Source of the DNA: an uncultured Polynucleobacter sp.
Lineage (GTDB): Bacteria; Pseudomonadota; Gammaproteobacteria; Burkholderiales; Burkholderiaceae
Assembly (NCBI GenBank): GCA_964636135.1
Contig: CAZWPR010000003.1
Coordinates: forward strand, 24,193-88,192
Reading direction: 5' to 3'
DNA length: 64,000 bases
Under the pieces are notes generated by a model, which had not been told where the DNA came from, made no database searches, and was given only the letters and a program-made list of their open reading frames with translations. Position numbers and translations under genes: made by a program. Within the stretch, counting starts at the first letter, position 1. The number at the start of each line of letters is the position of its first letter. Shown piece after piece: positions 28,015-39,108 of this stretch.

Positions 28015-28559
28015 AATCGCCATTCCGTTCCGCTTTACTCTGCTTTGCCACGCTGCTGCTCTTGGGTGGCTGCTCTGCACCCCAGGTATCGATGTACGCC
28101 AAAGAGAAACCCACACTCGATCTCACGAGCTATTTCAATGGCACGATTGACGCGTATGGCATCTTTACTAATCGCAGCAATGAAGTGGTGAAGCGCTTTA
28201 AGGTGGTTATGAAAGCCAGCTGGGAAGTCAAGGATGGTAAGCGCGTAGGCACGTTAGATGAAGACTTTTTCTACTCGGACGGCACAACCCAAAAACGCAT
28301 TTGGACTTTGACTGAAACGGCGCCGGGCGTGTTTACCGGAACCGCAGACGATGTAGTTGGTTCGGCTACTGGCCTCATGGCTGGCAATGCATTGAACTGG
28401 AAATATACCTTGGCCTTGCCGGTGGATGGCAAGGTTTATAACGTGCAATTTGATGACTGGATGTATTTGATGGACGACAAGGTCATGATCAACCGGGCGC
28501 AGATGAGTAAGTTCGGCATTTACTTAGGTGAAGTTACCTTGGCCTTTTATAAGCGATAA
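28011..28559 (+). CDS. DUF3833 family lipoprotein
   Basis: Lipobox LGGC; YFNG, LDEDF.Y.DG, GTADDVVG.A, FDDWMYL, MSKFG. Confidence 0.85.
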   Translation: MKSPFRSALLCFATLLLLGGCSAPQVSMYAKEKPTLDLTSYFNGTIDAYGIFTNRSNEVVKRFKVVMKASWEVKDGKRVGTLDEDFFYSDGTTQKRIWTLTETAPGVFTGTADDVVGSATGLMAGNALNWKYTLALPVDGKVYNVQFDDWMYLMDDKVMINRAQMSKFGIYLGEVTLAFYKR

Positions 28560-28580
28560 GTTGTACTGGTAAGTTGCGCC

Positions 28581-29111
28581 GTGCGTAAATTGATTAATTT
28601 TGTTTTGTTCCAGCTCGGCTGGTTTGCCTGCATTTTGGGGGCAGCCCACGGCTATGTGAGTTTGGCAGTTCTTTTTTGCCTGGCGGTAGCTGCCTTTCAT
28701 CTTTGGCAATCCAGTGAGTCCATGCAGGAGGGCATGTTATTGCTCAAGATCCTGGCCTTTGGCATTTGCGCCGACACCCTCTTATTGCAAACTGGTAGTC
28801 TTATTTTTGAGTCCAAAGGGCTCTTACCTAGCCTGTCACCCATTTGGATGTGGTCTCTGTGGATCATTCTGGGATGCACCCTCAATGAGTCAATGTCCTG
28901 GTTAAAGGGGCGCTTCGTCTTGGCATCCGTCCTGGGGGCGATTGCGGGCCCTTTGTCCTACCTGGCTGGGGTTAAATTGGGGGCGGCGCAATGGGGCAAT
29001 GAAACGCAAGCCCTTGTTTTACTTGGAATAATCTGGGCTATTGCAATGCCATTGCTATTTTGGTGGGCAGGAAAAGTACCTAGCAATAGACCTCCTTTAT
29101 CTCCTCAGTAG
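28581..29111 (+). CDS. DUF2878 family membrane protein
   Basis: NFVLFQ.GWF.C, P.WM..LW...G.TLN.S..WL, GPLSY.AG. Confidence 0.82.
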   Translation: MRKLINFVLFQLGWFACILGAAHGYVSLAVLFCLAVAAFHLWQSSESMQEGMLLLKILAFGICADTLLLQTGSLIFESKGLLPSLSPIWMWSLWIILGCTLNESMSWLKGRFVLASVLGAIAGPLSYLAGVKLGAAQWGNETQALVLLGIIWAIAMPLLFWWAGKVPSNRPPLSPQ

Positions 29112-29140
29112 GCAAGGAAGTGGCCCTAAATAAACAGCAC

Positions 29141-29170
29141 TTGCAATAAGTACTGTTTTTATATACAGTA
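29141..29170 (+). promoter_or_regulatory. recA promoter overlapped by a LexA (SOS) box
   Basis: TACTGTTTTTATATACAGTA is CTGT-N8-ACAG (29153-29168); -35 TTGCAA and -10 TACAGT are 17 bp apart. Confidence 0.9.
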
Positions 29171-29262
29171 GATCCCAGATTGAGATAAGCAGCACAACAG
29201 CAGAAAAAAGAGGCGGGTTGTACCCCCATTTAAGGCAAAAGACAAAAAGGCGGAAAGCAAAG

Positions 29263-30360
29263 ATGGCAATGGACGATAAGAAAAAATCAGCATCATCGGA
29301 ATTTGACGGCATGAGCGGCGACAAGCAAAAAGCCTTATCGGCGGCATTGGCGCAAATTGAAAAGCAGTTCGGCAAGGGTTCCATCATGCGCCTCGGCGAT
29401 GCTGAAATTAACCAAGATATTCAGGTGGTGTCGAGCGGATCCTTGGGTCTCGATATTGCCCTCGGAGTCGGCGGTCTTGCACGCGGCCGAGTGATTGAAA
29501 TTTACGGTCCCGAGTCTTCCGGAAAAACCACCTTGACATTGCATGCGATTGCCGAAATGCAAAAGATTGGCGGTACCTGTGCATTTATCGACGCGGAGCA
29601 TGCGCTGGATGTGCAATATGCCTCACGCCTCGGTGTAGACGTGAACAACCTATTAATTTCTCAGCCAGACACTGGCGAGCAGGCACTTGAAATTGCAGAC
29701 GCTTTAGTGCGTTCGGGCTCGATCGACTTAATTGTCATTGACTCGGTAGCGGCCCTAGTTCCCCGTGCTGAAATTGAGGGCGATATGGGTGATTCCTTGC
29801 CTGGCTTGCAAGCGCGCTTGATGAGCCAAGCCTTGCGTAAGTTAACCGGCACCATCAAGCGTACTAATTCCATGGTGATCTTTATTAACCAGATTCGCAT
29901 GAAGATTGGTGTGATGTTTGGTTCCCCCGAAACAACCACAGGCGGTAATGCATTGAAGTTCTATGCCACCATGCGTCTAGATATTCGCCGTATTGGCAGC
30001 ATCAAAAAGGGCGATGAAGTGGTCGGCAATGAAACCCGTGTCAAGGTCGTTAAGAACAAGGTTTCGCCGCCATTCCGCGAAGCCATTTTTGACATCATGT
30101 ACGGCGCAGGAATTTCACGTGAGGGTGAAATAATCGATATGGGTGTTGAAGCCGATATCGTAGAGAAGTCTGGTTCTTGGTATAGCTATAACGGTGACCG
30201 CATTGGTCAAGGCAAAGATAATGTGCGCGATTTTCTGAAAGAGAATCCTGAAATTGCGAAAGATATCGAAGCTAAGATTCGTGCCAAGCTGGGCGTTAAA
30301 GCAGGTCTTGCAATCTCAGATGCGATAGACGATACGGAGATTGAATCGGCTGATGCCTGA
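29263..30360 (+). CDS. recA: Recombinase RecA
   Basis: [36 protein letters not shown] at 29263 preferred. Confidence 0.98.
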   Translation: MAMDDKKKSASSEFDGMSGDKQKALSAALAQIEKQFGKGSIMRLGDAEINQDIQVVSSGSLGLDIALGVGGLARGRVIEIYGPESSGKTTLTLHAIAEMQKIGGTCAFIDAEHALDVQYASRLGVDVNNLLISQPDTGEQALEIADALVRSGSIDLIVIDSVAALVPRAEIEGDMGDSLPGLQARLMSQALRKLTGTIKRTNSMVIFINQIRMKIGVMFGSPETTTGGNALKFYATMRLDIRRIGSIKKGDEVVGNETRVKVVKNKVSPPFREAIFDIMYGAGISREGEIIDMGVEADIVEKSGSWYSYNGDRIGQGKDNVRDFLKENPEIAKDIEAKIRAKLGVKAGLAISDAIDDTEIESADA

Positions 30361-30901
30361 TTCAGTAGGCTCCAAAAAACAAAGCCCGAGTCTCAAAGCT
30401 CGGGCTTTGCGCCTTTTATCGCAGCGCGAGCATAGCCGTGCCGAATTGGCAAAAAAGCTAGGCGATTACTTAAGTCTCCGAGCCAAGGCGGATCACGCTC
30501 GCAATGCGCAGGATCAAGAGCTGGGTCCAGCGGATACACCAGCGCTATCTCATGAGGCGCAAATTACCGCAGTATTGGATGACTTTGAGAAACGAGGTTG
30601 GTTATCCGATGCCCGGTATGCGGAAGCCTTGGTGCGACGGCGTAGCGAGCGCTATGGGATGCGCAGAATCCAGGACGAATTGCAGCGGGCCGGTGTCGCA
30701 AGTGATGCCTCAGCAGGGCTGCTGGCTGGACTGAAAAGTACGGAATTTGAGCGAGCAAAGGAGCTGTTTGAGCGTAAATTTGGCGAGATTGCCGAAGATC
30801 AGAAAATGCGCGCCAGGCAGTACCGTTTTTTGGTCTCAAAAGGCTTTAACCCCGAAATCGTCGCTAAGGTCATTGGTGGGCGTCAAAAAGGGTCTGAATA
30901 G
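30353..30901 (+). CDS. recX: Regulatory protein RecX
   Basis: [30 protein letters not shown]; overlaps the recA stop. An alternative TTG start lies at 30341. Confidence 0.92.
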   Translation: MPDSVGSKKQSPSLKARALRLLSQREHSRAELAKKLGDYLSLRAKADHARNAQDQELGPADTPALSHEAQITAVLDDFEKRGWLSDARYAEALVRRRSERYGMRRIQDELQRAGVASDASAGLLAGLKSTEFERAKELFERKFGEIAEDQKMRARQYRFLVSKGFNPEIVAKVIGGRQKGSE

Positions 30902-31068
30902 AGCCAAAAATGGCAAATGACGCACTGCAAAATGATAGACTTACACTCGTTTGCCAATAACCTAATTTTTTTAAGTTGACTGCGGTCAAATCAGCGAAAT
31001 TAGGGTGAAGGGCAAAATAGGTCCTAATTAACCATTGGCTGCACCCACAGACAGATTCCGGAGTAAAG

Positions 31069-32238
31069 ATGAAAATTCACGAGTATCAGGGTAAGGCGCT
31101 GCTGCGCCAATTTAACGTGCCAGTTCCAAACGGCATTCCGGCGCATAGCGTGGAAGAAGCAATGGACGCGGCCGCAAAACTGGGTGGCCCGGTGTGGGTA
31201 GTTAAGGCCCAAATTCATGCGGGTGGTCGCGGCAAGGGCGGCGGCGTGAAATTAGCCAAGAGCATGGATGAAGTCAAAAAATACGCTAGTGAAATTATGG
31301 GTATGCAGCTTAAAACCCATCAAACTGGTCCAGAAGGGCAAAAAGTCCGCCGGCTCCTTATTGAAGATGGCGCTGACATTAAAAAAGAGTATTACTTCAG
31401 CATCGTTACCGATCGCGGATCACAGAAAAACGTCATCATGGCCTCCAGCGAAGGTGGCATGGATATCGAGGAAGTGGCAGAGCACTCCCCTGAAAAAATT
31501 ATCAAGGTATTTGTGGACCCCTTGGTTGGCTTAACCGATACACAATGCGACACCATTTCCAAGGGCATTGGCGTACCTGAGGGCTCCGTCGCGAAGGCAC
31601 GTGATGTGTTCAAAAACTTATACAAGACGTATTGGGAAACCGACGCGTCCTTAGTCGAAATCAATCCTCTGATTTTGGAAGGAAATGGCAATATCAAGGC
31701 ATTGGACGCCAAGTTCAACTTTGATCCCAATTCCTTGTTCCGTCATCCCGAGATCGTGGCGTATCGCGATGAAGATGAAGAGGATCCCGCTGAAATCGAA
31801 GCATCGAAGTTTGATTTAGCCTATATCTCACTCGACGGCAATATCGGTTGCCTCGTGAACGGTGCAGGACTTGCCATGGCTACGATGGATACGATTAAGT
31901 TGTTTGGTGGACAGCCAGCCAACTTCCTTGACGTCGGTGGCGGCGCTACCGCAGAAAAAGTAACGGAAGCATTTAAGATCATGCTCAAAAATAAGAGCGT
32001 GGAAGCCATCTTGGTCAACATCTTCGGCGGCATTATGCGCTGCGATGTGATCGCTACTGGTGTGGTGACTGCCTGTAAGGCAGTGAATTTATCTGTGCCA
32101 CTGGTTGTGCGCATGAAGGGTACGAACGAAGATTTAGGCAAAAAGATTTTGGCTGAATCCGGCTTACCGATCATCAGCGCCGACTCCATGGCAGAAGCAG
32201 CAACCAAGGTGGTTGCAGCGGCTAAAAAACAGAAATAA
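31069..32238 (+). CDS. sucC: Succinyl-CoA synthetase beta subunit
   Basis: [40 protein letters not shown]. Confidence 0.98.
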   Translation: MKIHEYQGKALLRQFNVPVPNGIPAHSVEEAMDAAAKLGGPVWVVKAQIHAGGRGKGGGVKLAKSMDEVKKYASEIMGMQLKTHQTGPEGQKVRRLLIEDGADIKKEYYFSIVTDRGSQKNVIMASSEGGMDIEEVAEHSPEKIIKVFVDPLVGLTDTQCDTISKGIGVPEGSVAKARDVFKNLYKTYWETDASLVEINPLILEGNGNIKALDAKFNFDPNSLFRHPEIVAYRDEDEEDPAEIEASKFDLAYISLDGNIGCLVNGAGLAMATMDTIKLFGGQPANFLDVGGGATAEKVTEAFKIMLKNKSVEAILVNIFGGIMRCDVIATGVVTACKAVNLSVPLVVRMKGTNEDLGKKILAESGLPIISADSMAEAATKVVAAAKKQK

Positions 32239-32252
32239 TCAAGGAAATCACC

Positions 32253-33146
32253 ATGTCAATTTTGATTAATAAAAATACAAAAGTAATTACGCAGGGTATT
32301 ACCGGTAAGACCGGGCAGTTTCATACTGAAAAATGCCAAGAGTACGCAAACGGAAAAAATTGTTTCGTAGCGGGCGTTAATCCCAAAAAAGCAGGCGAGT
32401 CTATTTTTAACATTCCCATTTATGGAACAGTGAAAGAAGCCGCCCAGCAAACTGGTGCAACCACTTCGGTGATTTATGTACCGCCTCCTGGTGCTGCAGC
32501 TGCAATTTGGGAAGCCGTTGAGGCCGACTTGGATTTTGTGATTTGTATTACCGAAGGCATTCCTGTGCGCGATATGCTCGAAGTGCGCAATAAGATGGCA
32601 CAAAAAGAAGCCAAGGGCGGCAAGAAAACCTTATTGCTCGGCCCTAATTGCCCTGGCATCATCACTCCCGATGAAATCAAGATCGGCATCATGCCAGGTC
32701 ACATTCATAAAAAAGGCCGCATTGGTGTCGTCAGCCGTTCCGGCACCTTGACCTACGAAGCCGTTGGTCAATTAACCGCGATTGGTTTGGGCCAGTCAAC
32801 TGCAGTCGGTATTGGCGGCGACCCGATTAATGGTCTGAAGCATATCGATATCATGCGCATGTTTAACGACGATCCTGAAACCGATGCTGTGATCATGATT
32901 GGTGAGATCGGCGGACCAGATGAGGCAGAAGCAGCCCTCTGGTGCAAAGACAATATGAAGAAACCCGTCGTCGGCTTCATCGCTGGTGTGACGGCGCCTC
33001 CTGGAAAGCGCATGGGCCATGCGGGTGCTTTGATTTCGGGTGGTGCAGATACCGCAGATGCCAAGTTGGCAGTAATGGAAGAGTGTGGCTTTAAGGTCAC
33101 GCGCAATCCATCGGAGATGGCAAACTTGTTAAAGGCAATGATTTAG
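32253..33146 (+). CDS. sucD: Succinyl-CoA synthetase alpha subunit
   Basis: [27 protein letters not shown]. Confidence 0.98.
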   Translation: MSILINKNTKVITQGITGKTGQFHTEKCQEYANGKNCFVAGVNPKKAGESIFNIPIYGTVKEAAQQTGATTSVIYVPPPGAAAAIWEAVEADLDFVICITEGIPVRDMLEVRNKMAQKEAKGGKKTLLLGPNCPGIITPDEIKIGIMPGHIHKKGRIGVVSRSGTLTYEAVGQLTAIGLGQSTAVGIGGDPINGLKHIDIMRMFNDDPETDAVIMIGEIGGPDEAEAALWCKDNMKKPVVGFIAGVTAPPGKRMGHAGALISGGADTADAKLAVMEECGFKVTRNPSEMANLLKAMI

Positions 33147-33207
33147 TTTTAGGCAGTTGTTTTACCCGTAGTAGTTGTTCAACACACAATAATTATTAGA
33201 GGATGAC

Positions 33208-33909
33208 ATGGAATTTCTTGCAATGATAGATTGGTCTGTAGTTTTGCAGATCATTTTGATTGATATTTTGCTGGGTGGTGACAATGCGGTGATCATTGCA
33301 TTGGCCTGCCGTAACTTGCACCCTAACCAACGTCGTGCTGGTATTTTGTGGGGCACAGCCGGTGCGATTGGTCTGCGTATTGTCTTGACCATATTCGCGG
33401 TGACGCTCTTGCAAATTCCGTATCTCAAGGTAGTAGGCGCTTTACTGCTACTCTGGATTGGTTACAAGCTCTTGGCAGATGCCGGCGGCCACGATGCGGA
33501 TAACTTAGAGGCTCCAGATAAGTTATTTGCAGCGATCAAAACCATCATCGTTGCTGACTTAGTTATGAGTCTGGATAACGTCTTGGCGATTGCAGGTGCC
33601 GCAGGACAAGTTGATGACCAGGCCCATCAGTTTGGCTACATCGTCTTTGGCTTAATCGTTTCGGTACCTATCATTATTGCTGGTAGCCGCCTGGTGTTGT
33701 TCCTGATCGATCGCTTCCCCATCATTGTGACGGCAGGCGCTGGATTGCTCGGCTGGATTGCGGGCGGTATGCTAATGACCGACCCCGGCATGATCAAGCA
33801 TTTCGGCGAGGGAATTCAAGACTACGGCGTAATTTCCGGCATTATTGGTGCGTTGGGCGTCATGATTGTTGGCGAAATTGCGAAGCGCAAAGGCAAAAAA
33901 GCCCATTAA
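33208..33909 (+). CDS. TerC/YjbE family membrane protein
   Basis: IDILLGGDNA..IALA, ADLVMSLDNVLAIAG. Confidence 0.9.
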   Translation: MEFLAMIDWSVVLQIILIDILLGGDNAVIIALACRNLHPNQRRAGILWGTAGAIGLRIVLTIFAVTLLQIPYLKVVGALLLLWIGYKLLADAGGHDADNLEAPDKLFAAIKTIIVADLVMSLDNVLAIAGAAGQVDDQAHQFGYIVFGLIVSVPIIIAGSRLVLFLIDRFPIIVTAGAGLLGWIAGGMLMTDPGMIKHFGEGIQDYGVISGIIGALGVMIVGEIAKRKGKKAH

Positions 33910-34020
33910 GAAGTAGTAAGCCGTACACTAAAATCAGAGTAATCTGATACGGTCTGTCCCCTAGTCAGTGGGCTCTTTGTTAGATCATTGAGTTCCATTC
34001 ACTAGGGGATTTTTATTGAT

Positions 34021-34533
34021 ATGACACCACACAACGAGAGCGCTATTCACAGCACAGAAGAAAACGGTTTCACCTTGATCGAGGTCATGGTAGTTGTCGC
34101 CATTATCGGAATTTTGGTTGCCGTCGCAGTTCCGCAGTACCAAGACTATATTGCCCGTAGTCGGGTGATTGAGGGTATGAATTTATCTTCCAGCGCTAAG
34201 CTGGCCGTAACGGAAGCATTTGCCAGCCGGGGCGTAGCACCGATGAATGAGGCAACCCAAGGGGCCTTTAGTTTTGCGCCAACTCGCAGTGTCAAAGACA
34301 TTGAGATTTTGCAGTCCGGCGCAATTGCGATTGATTTTCAGGGAACGGTTGCGCGAGAGGGAAGCAATAGCCTAGTACTGATTCCAACCAATTATCCGGA
34401 TGCTGTCATGCCGGCACCACTCGATCTATCGAAGCCAGAAGGCGCTACGTGGTCAGGGGGTTGGTCATGCCGCTCGGCGATGAGCAATTTACCTCAGCCG
34501 CTGTTGCCATCTGAATGTCGCACAAGCAAGTAA
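34021..34533 (+). CDS. Type IV pilin (PilA/PilE-like)
   Basis: Class III signal G|FTLIEVMVVVAIIGIL, PQYQDY..R, C-terminal Cys pair. Confidence 0.92.
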   Translation: MTPHNESAIHSTEENGFTLIEVMVVVAIIGILVAVAVPQYQDYIARSRVIEGMNLSSSAKLAVTEAFASRGVAPMNEATQGAFSFAPTRSVKDIEILQSGAIAIDFQGTVAREGSNSLVLIPTNYPDAVMPAPLDLSKPEGATWSGGWSCRSAMSNLPQPLLPSECRTSK

Positions 34534-34538
34534 AGAAT

Positions 34539-34566
34539 AATAGCCGCTAGCCAGCGGCTATTTTTT
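34539..34566 (+). terminator. Rho-independent terminator after the pilin gene
   Basis: AATAGCCGCT-AGCC-AGCGGCTATT plus T-run. Confidence 0.85.
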
Positions 34567-34576
34567 AGGATAAACA

Positions 34577-35484
34577 ATGAATCAAATGCCCATAAAAATA
34601 GGTTTACTTTGCCTGACCTTATTGCTGTGCGGCAGCCTGGCAAAGGCCTCTTTACTTATTAGTGCGCCTTGTCAAATTGAAGAAAAAATACTAAATGTGA
34701 ATGGCGGGACGATTGCTTATCTCAATACTGGAAAAGGTGAACCTATTCTTTTATTACATGGACTATTTGGGCAGAAAGAGCAGTGGGCTGAATTGAGTTG
34801 CGAGCTAGCGTCTGCAGGTTTTCAAGTGCTGGCTCCTGACTTGCCTGGATATGGAAAAAGTACAGGTTTTCAGATGAATGATTACAAGCTCGAGAGGCAG
34901 GCTTCAATCATGAATCGATTTATTGCTGAAATGAGAATAAATACCTTTCATTTGGGGGGCAGTTCGATGGGCGGTGCAATAGCCAGTCTGTATGCTCAGC
35001 AATATCCCAGCAGCACTAAAACCCTGGCTTTTATTGGGGGAGCTATGGGAGTTATCCCATGGAGCGCTAAGGTAAAAAATGCTCTAAATCAGGGTATCAA
35101 TCCATTTATACCGGTCTCGATGGAGCAGCTGAATTTAGAAATGAGTCTCTTGTTCTACGAGCCACCAGTAATTCCACGCGATATTCAGGAGAAATTGCTT
35201 GAGACTATATTGGCCGCAATCAGCATTATCAGCAGGTATGGAGCATTGCATCACTCTATGGCGATGCAATATTAAAGCAATCGGTTTCATTAAAGCCAAC
35301 GCTTATTCTGTGGGGTGTGGATGATGGAATATTTGAGCTTTCTGGAATCCATCAGCTGAAATTAAAGTACCCCAACAATAAGAGCATTGTTATTCAGAAA
35401 GCATCGCATTTATTGATGCTGGAAAAGCCAAAGTATATCGGCAGTCAATATGTCAACTTTTTGCGATTCAATAAAATTCCTTAG
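34577..35484 (+). pseudogene. Secreted alpha/beta hydrolase split by a 1-nt frameshift near 35203
   Basis: First frame has LLHG, PDLPGYG and GSSMGG. The shifted frame from 35203 reads DYIGRN...PTLILWGVDDGIF...ASHLLMLEKP...KIP-stop and supplies the missing catalytic Asp and His. Confidence 0.8.
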
Positions 35485-35513
35485 TGGGGTTGGTGGCCAC
35501 TTTTAAGTTGGGA

Positions 35514-35714
35514 TTATCTTCGGCGCTTCTTCCAGGAATAATCGATTCCGTCGGGGCATTTTCCGTTCGCAACCCCAGTGGCACCAAATACACCCACTAC
35601 CTCTTTGCCATCAAACTGAATGGTCACGAATTCACCTAACTCTTTAGCAAAGGCCATGGCTTCGTCTAATGACTGGAATTCGTGCGTATCGAGATTGCGC
35701 TTAACAAGTACCAA
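35514..35714 (-). CDS. Small hypothetical protein (66 aa)
   Basis: Fills the gap downstream of moaC with protein-like composition; TTG start. Confidence 0.6.
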   Translation of the reverse strand: MVLVKRNLDTHEFQSLDEAMAFAKELGEFVTIQFDGKEVVGVFGATGVANGKCPDGIDYSWKKRRR

Positions 35715-35751
35715 TGGGGACTTTTACTCAAGTTAGGGCTTTCTAAAAAGC

Positions 35752-36231
35752 CTACTTCGCTGCTACCCAAGTGCCGCTCTTGCCGCCACTCTTTTCCAAG
35801 AGCTTGACATCCCCCATCACCATGCCACGGTCTACTGCTTTGCACATGTCATAAATGGTGAGCAGAGCGACTTGAACTGCGGTGAGGGCTTCCATTTCAA
35901 CGCCAGTGGGTCCAGTGGTTTCGGCTTGTACTTGGCAGCGAATGCTACTGGTTTGGCGATCAAGCTCAAATTGCAGACTTACGTGGCTGAGTGCCAATGG
36001 ATGGCAAAGGGGAATTAGTTCAGAGGTCTTCTTGGACGCCTGAATACCGGCAATCCGGGCGATGCCTAAAACATCCCCCTTTTTGTGGTTACCTGCCTCT
36101 ACCAAGTCAAAGGTGGCTGGCAGCATCGAAATACTGCCTGTAGCAATGGCAATGCGGTGGGTATTGGGCTTGTCGCCAACATTGACCATGTGGGCCTGGC
36201 CTGAGGAATCAAAATGAGTCAGTGGGTTCAT
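35752..36231 (-). CDS. moaC: Cyclic pyranopterin monophosphate synthase MoaC
   Basis: [48 protein letters not shown]. Start at ATG 36231. Confidence 0.96.
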   Translation of the reverse strand: MNPLTHFDSSGQAHMVNVGDKPNTHRIAIATGSISMLPATFDLVEAGNHKKGDVLGIARIAGIQASKKTSELIPLCHPLALSHVSLQFELDRQTSSIRCQVQAETTGPTGVEMEALTAVQVALLTIYDMCKAVDRGMVMGDVKLLEKSGGKSGTWVAAK

Positions 36232-36254
36232 GAAATAGGTTTTACCATAGAGGG

Positions 36255-37982
36255 ATGGGGATCGTAAAACCAGCTTATTTTCAGTGGATGCAAAAACCGG
36301 TGCTATTGGCCATCGGGCGGAAATGCTTGGCCCTGCAATTGATTTTTGCCATGAGCTTTGCGGGTGCCCAAACACCTTTACCCAAGGCGCCAGCCTCTGA
36401 GGTGGTGGTTGAAGGTAATTCCGCGGCACTGCAAAATCTGGGGCGAGCCGTTCAGTCGCAAGAGGCCCAATCCCCTTTTCTGCCGAATAAAAATGTACTG
36501 CGCACGCAGCCTAATTTAGTTCTGCCTGATATGGGCGATCCAGGTGGTGATGCTTTAAGTCCGGTAGAGGAGCGTCGCATTGGTGAGCGCATCATGCGGG
36601 AAATCCGTGCTGATCCGGATTACTCCAATGATTTGCCAATCTATGATTTTCTAAATCAAATGGATCGCCGCTTATTGCAGGCAGCAAAACGCTTGCAGTT
36701 GGGCGGGGCGAATGCATTAGGCAGTGCCCAATATAACTTTGAAGTTTTTGCTGTCAAAGAGCCAAGCATTAATGCGTTTGCATTGCCTGGCGGTTTTATT
36801 GGCTTTCATACGGGGCTATTGGTTGCCGCGGAAACGGAGTCTGAGGTTGCCTCCGTGATGGGTCATGAAATCGGTCACGTATTGCAACGGCATATTGCGC
36901 GCTCCATGGATAAGCAGGCCATGAATACCATGCTTGCCATTGCTGGCATGGTGCTGGGCGCTTTAGCCGCCTCTAGCAATCCATCAGCAGCAGTGGGTTT
37001 AATGCGCGGCGGTCAAGCCTTATCCATTCAGAATCAATTGGCCTACTCCCGTGATGCGGAGCGTGAAGCAGATCGCATCGGCTTTTTGATTTTGGAGGGC
37101 AGTGGTTACGACGTCAACGGTATGCCTGCTTTCTTTCAGCGCTTACAAAAGGCCACCAGCATCATGGACAGCGGCGTGCCGGCTTATGTTCGAACCCATC
37201 CTCTTACCATTGATCGTATTGCAGACATGCAAGACCGCGTACGTATGGTTAATGCCAAGACTGTACCCAGTTCATTGGAGTTTTATCTAATCAAGGCGCG
37301 CGCTCGCCTTGATCAACAAAAGGGCTCAAGCGGCTTGTTTGATGCCCGTAATATTTTTGAGAGTTTCAGCAAGCAAGCTTCTCCCACCAAACAGATGGAA
37401 GGATTCTATGGGCTTGCTTTGGTTGCGCAGCGCCAAGGCAAAGTGGATATTGCTGAAGGCTATTTGCAAAAAACCCGGCAACTGATGCAGGCAGCAGCAG
37501 CCCCAGGTTCACCTTTAATGCGCCAGAGTGTATCGCTGGATACCACGGCATCGGAATTGGCTTTAGCTAAAGGTAAATCGCAAGAGGCGCTGCAGATTGC
37601 ACACGCAACATTACGTGCCTACCCGGAATCATTTGCCGCAGCAGTGGCGATGATCCAGGCGGAGCTCAAGCTAGGAAAAACGGATGAGGCCATCACCTGG
37701 CTGAGAAGCCGGACCAAACAACAGCCCAATGAAACCATTTGGTGGACATTGCTCGCGGACGCCTATAACCAGAGCAATAACATCGCCTTACGGCATTACG
37801 CGATGGGCGAAAAGTTTGCCTTGACTGGTGCTTGGCCTTCTGCAATTGAGCAGATGCGAATTGCCAGGGCAGCAGGGGGCAACAATTATTATCAAGGCTC
37901 AACGATTGATGCGCGCCTTCGGGAGTTTCAAAAAATGTACCTGGAAGAACAGCGTGAGGACGCCAAAAGCAGAGGCGGTTAA
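36255..37982 (+). CDS. M48 family metalloprotease with TPR region (BepA/YfgC-like)
   Basis: [34 protein letters not shown]. True start may be downstream. Confidence 0.9.
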   Translation: MGIVKPAYFQWMQKPVLLAIGRKCLALQLIFAMSFAGAQTPLPKAPASEVVVEGNSAALQNLGRAVQSQEAQSPFLPNKNVLRTQPNLVLPDMGDPGGDALSPVEERRIGERIMREIRADPDYSNDLPIYDFLNQMDRRLLQAAKRLQLGGANALGSAQYNFEVFAVKEPSINAFALPGGFIGFHTGLLVAAETESEVASVMGHEIGHVLQRHIARSMDKQAMNTMLAIAGMVLGALAASSNPSAAVGLMRGGQALSIQNQLAYSRDAEREADRIGFLILEGSGYDVNGMPAFFQRLQKATSIMDSGVPAYVRTHPLTIDRIADMQDRVRMVNAKTVPSSLEFYLIKARARLDQQKGSSGLFDARNIFESFSKQASPTKQMEGFYGLALVAQRQGKVDIAEGYLQKTRQLMQAAAAPGSPLMRQSVSLDTTASELALAKGKSQEALQIAHATLRAYPESFAAAVAMIQAELKLGKTDEAITWLRSRTKQQPNETIWWTLLADAYNQSNNIALRHYAMGEKFALTGAWPSAIEQMRIARAAGGNNYYQGSTIDARLREFQKMYLEEQREDAKSRGG

Positions 37983-37997
37983 GTCCGCATCAAGTGC

Positions 37998-38621
37998 TTA
38001 GGGCTGTGGGCGGGCTTGAAACTGAAAGCGACTTTCCATTTCGGTGGTGGTAATGGGTTCTAGCCTTAGGTCACGACCGTGCCATCGCCAGCTTCCTTCC
38101 AGTGCGCATGTGGTATTGCTTAGAGAACTCAGTCCTGAAAAGATCTCAATATCATGGTCATGTAACAACGCAATGCTCAGGCGTTCTATTTCACTAAACT
38201 GATTAGCGGTAGATCCAGTGCAAATGGTTTGTGTGAGCTTTCCCTCAATCAAAATTTGCCCCGCTTCATCCATGAAGGCAGCGCTGGGTGCAAGCAAGCT
38301 TTCGCATTGCGTCTGAAATTGCCAAGGATATTCTGCACTGCCGGTAGGCATCATGCGCACTACCCAGGGTGTTGCATCTAAGTTAATGTAGACGCGCTGC
38401 GGACCATTCTGAAAAAAATACCGCCCCTCGGTATCGCTGGCGTAATTGCGGGCAATAAAGGCATTGAGCGCTGCATGCTTAATGACATCGCCTGGTAATC
38501 CATGGGCCTGAGCGTAGTCGTCGCGCATGCGCCAAGCCCCGCGCCGATCCAGCGCAAGCCAGCCAAAACAGTGCGGCACACTGGGCCATTTGATTAAAGA
38601 CTGGGCGACACCTTCATCCAT
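37998..38621 (-). CDS. DUF2946 family protein
   Basis: MD..V....KWP.VPHCFGWLALDRRG.WR, FI.RNY, FFQNGPQRVY. Confidence 0.8.
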   Translation of the reverse strand: MDEGVAQSLIKWPSVPHCFGWLALDRRGAWRMRDDYAQAHGLPGDVIKHAALNAFIARNYASDTEGRYFFQNGPQRVYINLDATPWVVRMMPTGSAEYPWQFQTQCESLLAPSAAFMDEAGQILIEGKLTQTICTGSTANQFSEIERLSIALLHDHDIEIFSGLSSLSNTTCALEGSWRWHGRDLRLEPITTTEMESRFQFQARPQP

Positions 38622-38626
38622 TGCGT

Positions 38627-39061
38627 TTAATGCAAGCCATGCTGGGTGATGGGCGCGCTTGAGCTGACATCGGCGGAATGGCTGGCATGCAAGTGGGCAA
38701 TACGCCACCCTTGACTGTCTTGCAACACAACCAAGGTGATATTTAAAAAGAAGGCCGACTCCACTTGATCAGCGCGCAAATGAACTGCTTCGGTCGTGTC
38801 ATAGATTGCGGTGCCTAAGCTGGAATGCGAAATGCAGGCAATCGGCTCCAGAAACAGGGCTTGATTAGCGAGTAAGCGCTCTAAGCCTCCACGAATCTCG
38901 GCATGACCACTTAGGCGTTGGCCTTCGGGTAGTACGCAGGTAATGGAATCATCGTCTAGCCACAGCGCTAGAGCGGCTGTAACGTCCCGTCGCTTGAGCG
39001 CTTCGCGCCAGGCATCGACTACTTCATCGGCATTGTGAAAGAGTCTGGCAAGGTTGGGCAT
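38627..39061 (-). CDS. SnoaL/NTF2-like (YybH) family protein
   Basis: C-terminal GWRIAHLHAS; G..LSGH.EIR. Confidence 0.8.
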   Translation of the reverse strand: MPNLARLFHNADEVVDAWREALKRRDVTAALALWLDDDSITCVLPEGQRLSGHAEIRGGLERLLANQALFLEPIACISHSSLGTAIYDTTEAVHLRADQVESAFFLNITLVVLQDSQGWRIAHLHASHSADVSSSAPITQHGLH

Positions 39062-39108
39062 GACTAAATTCCTTTGCGATTAAGAAGTAAGGCAGTGTGC
39101 GATCGGAC

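Noticed and set aside
33147-33207. yybP-ykoY manganese riboswitch upstream of terC
   Set aside because: Only 61 bp of AT-rich spacer, with no GGGGAGUA-type core or multi-stem structure.
33920-34015. c-di-GMP-I riboswitch upstream of the pilin gene
   Set aside because: A GNRA hairpin is present but the GGCAAA..GGACGCAAAG core is absent. Kept only as an unclassified structure.
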